DNA from: a virus
Taxonomy: Duplodnaviria > Caudoviricetes
Reading direction: 5' to 3' (one strand)
DNA length: 27,165 nucleotides
IMG/VR virus record: IMGVR_UViG_3300032212_000122
Location: 1 to 27,165 of that record
Of the stretch, positions 25,290 through 27,165 are shown piece by piece. The position numbers and the translations under genes are program-made. Within the stretch, counting starts at the first letter, position 1. Each line of letters starts with the position of its first letter. Below the pieces are notes generated by a model. That model searched no databases, was not told where the DNA came from, and saw only the letters and a program-made list of their open reading frames with translations.

Positions 25290-25844
25290 GTGGAAACTAT
25301 TTTTAATTGGATTGCTGAAGGCTTTGCCCATTCTAACACTGTTGGTATGCTTACTACTTGTGTGGCATTATGTCTCGCTAGCCTTATCGGCTATGTGTCT
25401 TATCTTATTGGGGGCTCTCTTTGGGCGTTTATCGAAGACCTCTCTCTCAAAGAAGCTCTCTGCAAAGAAGAGAAGAAAGTAGATTATTACAAGTCTTATA
25501 CTCAGAGTATGTTGCATTCCTGCGATGACAAGGAACTCTGGGAAAAACACACAACGCCCCACGGCACTCACTACTACCGTAAATCTCGTATTAAATATGT
25601 AACATATTATGTCTCTAAATATAAGGGGCCCTTATTAGTAGGTAATTTGATGGCTATAGCAGCTCTAGTGGGTCTTGGAATAGTGTTGGATGTATTCTTA
25701 TGGGCTCCTGTAGTTACGAGTGTTGTAGGAGGCAGTGTTGGTCTTATGTTCCTAGCTCGTGGTGTTAGGCGTCTACAGAAGAAATTGAATGCGCATTTAG
25801 CAGACAAAGATGCACACAAAGAAAAGGAGAAAGAGGATGTTTGA
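25290..25844 (+). CDS. Early membrane protein, paralog 2
   Basis: GGAG RBS, GTG start and about three TM segments. C-terminus ARGVRRLQKKLNAHLADKDAH. Confidence 0.8.
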   Translation: METIFNWIAEGFAHSNTVGMLTTCVALCLASLIGYVSYLIGGSLWAFIEDLSLKEALCKEEKKVDYYKSYTQSMLHSCDDKELWEKHTTPHGTHYYRKSRIKYVTYYVSKYKGPLLVGNLMAIAALVGLGIVLDVFLWAPVVTSVVGGSVGLMFLARGVRRLQKKLNAHLADKDAHKEKEKEDV

Positions 25845-26370
25845 ATATACAACCCCTACAGAAGTGAAAGTAAGGGCAGACTTTGGTAAGTATCACATCA
25901 GTAATTGCAGCGCTAAGCTTATAAATACAATGGGAGATTGTTCTACTATTAGTGTGGGCCACTACTATTGTACAGACATCAAAGCTGCTCATGTGTTTAT
26001 GCACTATCTACTTAGACAACGTTCAGCAGAACGAAAGCCAGAAGGCTATCGCTGGAAATTTGTATTAACAGATAGCGCACACAACTTTGAGAGCGGCAGT
26101 GCTAAGCATTTACGTGCAGTGTTAGACGAGATTTGTGCGGACAGCCATGTTGTAGAAGTTAATGGCTGGGAAGGAGACAAGTTTGAAATACGTGTCTGGG
26201 AAATAGAGAAGGGATGGAAATGGATGACAGCTCCTGAGCTTCCTGCTAAATACGAGGCATATGTAGCCTCTACCTACAGAGATGGGCACACACACAAGGA
26301 GACGGTGAAAGTGCTAGACGACGCAGATGTTTATGGCAACGACCATCCTACTGCTGACGAAGACTGGTGA
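25837..26370 (+). CDS. Hypothetical protein, 177 aa
   Basis: The likely start is the ATG at 25837 (AGGAG upstream, overlapping the previous stop). Alpha/beta pattern with no motif recognised. Confidence 0.7.
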   Translation: MFEYTTPTEVKVRADFGKYHISNCSAKLINTMGDCSTISVGHYYCTDIKAAHVFMHYLLRQRSAERKPEGYRWKFVLTDSAHNFESGSAKHLRAVLDEICADSHVVEVNGWEGDKFEIRVWEIEKGWKWMTAPELPAKYEAYVASTYRDGHTHKETVKVLDDADVYGNDHPTADEDW

Positions 26371-26381
26371 GGACACGACAA

Positions 26382-27165
26382 ATGAGTGTATTTAAAAAAA
26401 TGGGTACAGATTGTGAATTCTTTGTGTCACACAGAGGGGAGATTGGTAGTGCTATTGGTCTGATTGGGGGCAGTAAGAATGCCCCGCTCTTAGTAGAGAA
26501 TGGTAATTTGCAAGAGGATAATGTTCTTGCAGAGATGGCAACAGATCCATGCGCTACGTTGGATGAGTGGCTGACAAAGATTAGTAGTGTTCGTGTTCAA
26601 TTGGGAGAGAAGCTAGAAGGCTATGAGCTTGTGTGTAAAAGCTCCCATCATTACACTAAGCAACAACTGCTCTCCTATCCTGCTGACGCTATGAAGCTGG
26701 GCTGTACAGCAGATTACAACATCTATTCAAACAAGAATAACCCCACACCCAACGCTAAGACAGTGCTACGAACAGCGGCGGGACACATACATTATTCCTA
26801 CGATAATCCCTCGGTGTCTACGACAATTAACATTGCGAAGTGCTTGGATGCTACGTTAGGGCTGTGGTCTGTTATTACAGATAACGATAGACATCGCCGC
26901 TTGTTATACGGCAAGGCGGGTTGTATTCGCTTCAAAGAGTATGGAGGGGAGTATAGAACACTAGGTAATTTCTGGTTAGCTAACACAGCTCGTCAGACAT
27001 ACGTCTGGAAAATAACAAAGATGTGTGTAGAACAGCATCACACATTGCTTCCTATGCTACGAGCTATTGTATCTGAAGAGGCAATACAAGCTATCATCAA
27101 CGACAGCGACAGAGAACGAGCTTTACTATTAACACCAGCTATTACCCGTGTAGTTAGTAGAATGC
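26382..27165 (+). CDS. phiEco32-like COOH-NH2 ligase type 2, truncated by the window edge
   Basis: Not in the track (no stop). MSVFKKMGTDCEFFV...IGLIGGSK..P...QEDNVLAE...GCTADYN...LRTAAGHIH...RRLLYGKAGCIRFKEYGGEYRTLGNFW are the hallmark motifs of this family. GAGG RBS. Confidence 0.88.
   Translation, partial: MSVFKKMGTDCEFFVSHRGEIGSAIGLIGGSKNAPLLVENGNLQEDNVLAEMATDPCATLDEWLTKISSVRVQLGEKLEGYELVCKSSHHYTKQQLLSYPADAMKLGCTADYNIYSNKNNPTPNAKTVLRTAAGHIHYSYDNPSVSTTINIAKCLDATLGLWSVITDNDRHRRLLYGKAGCIRFKEYGGEYRTLGNFWLANTARQTYVWKITKMCVEQHHTLLPMLRAIVSEEAIQAIINDSDRERALLLTPAITRVVSRM

Noticed and set aside
23869-26986. Minus-strand and alternative-frame ORFs in the early arm (e.g. 24444..24770, 24739..24978, 25288..25482, 26798..26986)
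   Set aside because: They overlap a continuous, RBS-supported, translationally coupled plus-strand gene chain.
1-27165. Stop-codon reassignment or introns/inteins
   Set aside because: All core genes are intact and of expected size in the standard code; terL and portal show no insertion.

Overview
This window is part of a lytic podovirus genome, most like the Zobellviridae / RIO-1 / VpV262 / SIO1 type with phiEco32/PaP3-like early genes. The host is probably a marine Gammaproteobacterium (inference). The minus strand (21874 to <1) carries the late module in this order: terS, terL, portal, small protein, scaffold, major capsid, minor head protein, terminator, a four-gene accessory cassette (two paralogous beta-proteins, a sialidase-like Asp-box propeller, a double lectin-like protein), holin, i-/o-spanins, tail fibre, HNH protein, tail adaptor, nozzle, gp13-like protein and three internal (ejection) proteins. 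The plus strand (from about 23147) carries small early genes, two paralogous membrane proteins and a phiEco32-type COOH-NH2 ligase that runs off the end. The two arms diverge from a mostly non-coding region of about 1.8 kb that probably contains the genome terminus. The most unusual signals are there and in the early arm: (i) a chain of hairpins, four of them evenly spaced with variable stems but an invariant TTAAG loop; (ii) three Fur-box-like sites interleaved with a CTCCCCCACTA repeat; (iii) a sigma70 promoter whose -10 sits inside a palindrome and is followed by a ~300-nt G-U-rich structured RNA candidate; (iv) a 12-mer, ACAAGCTATCAT, repeated four times on one strand in different reading frames. 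All calls come from reading the sequence by eye; no searches were run.
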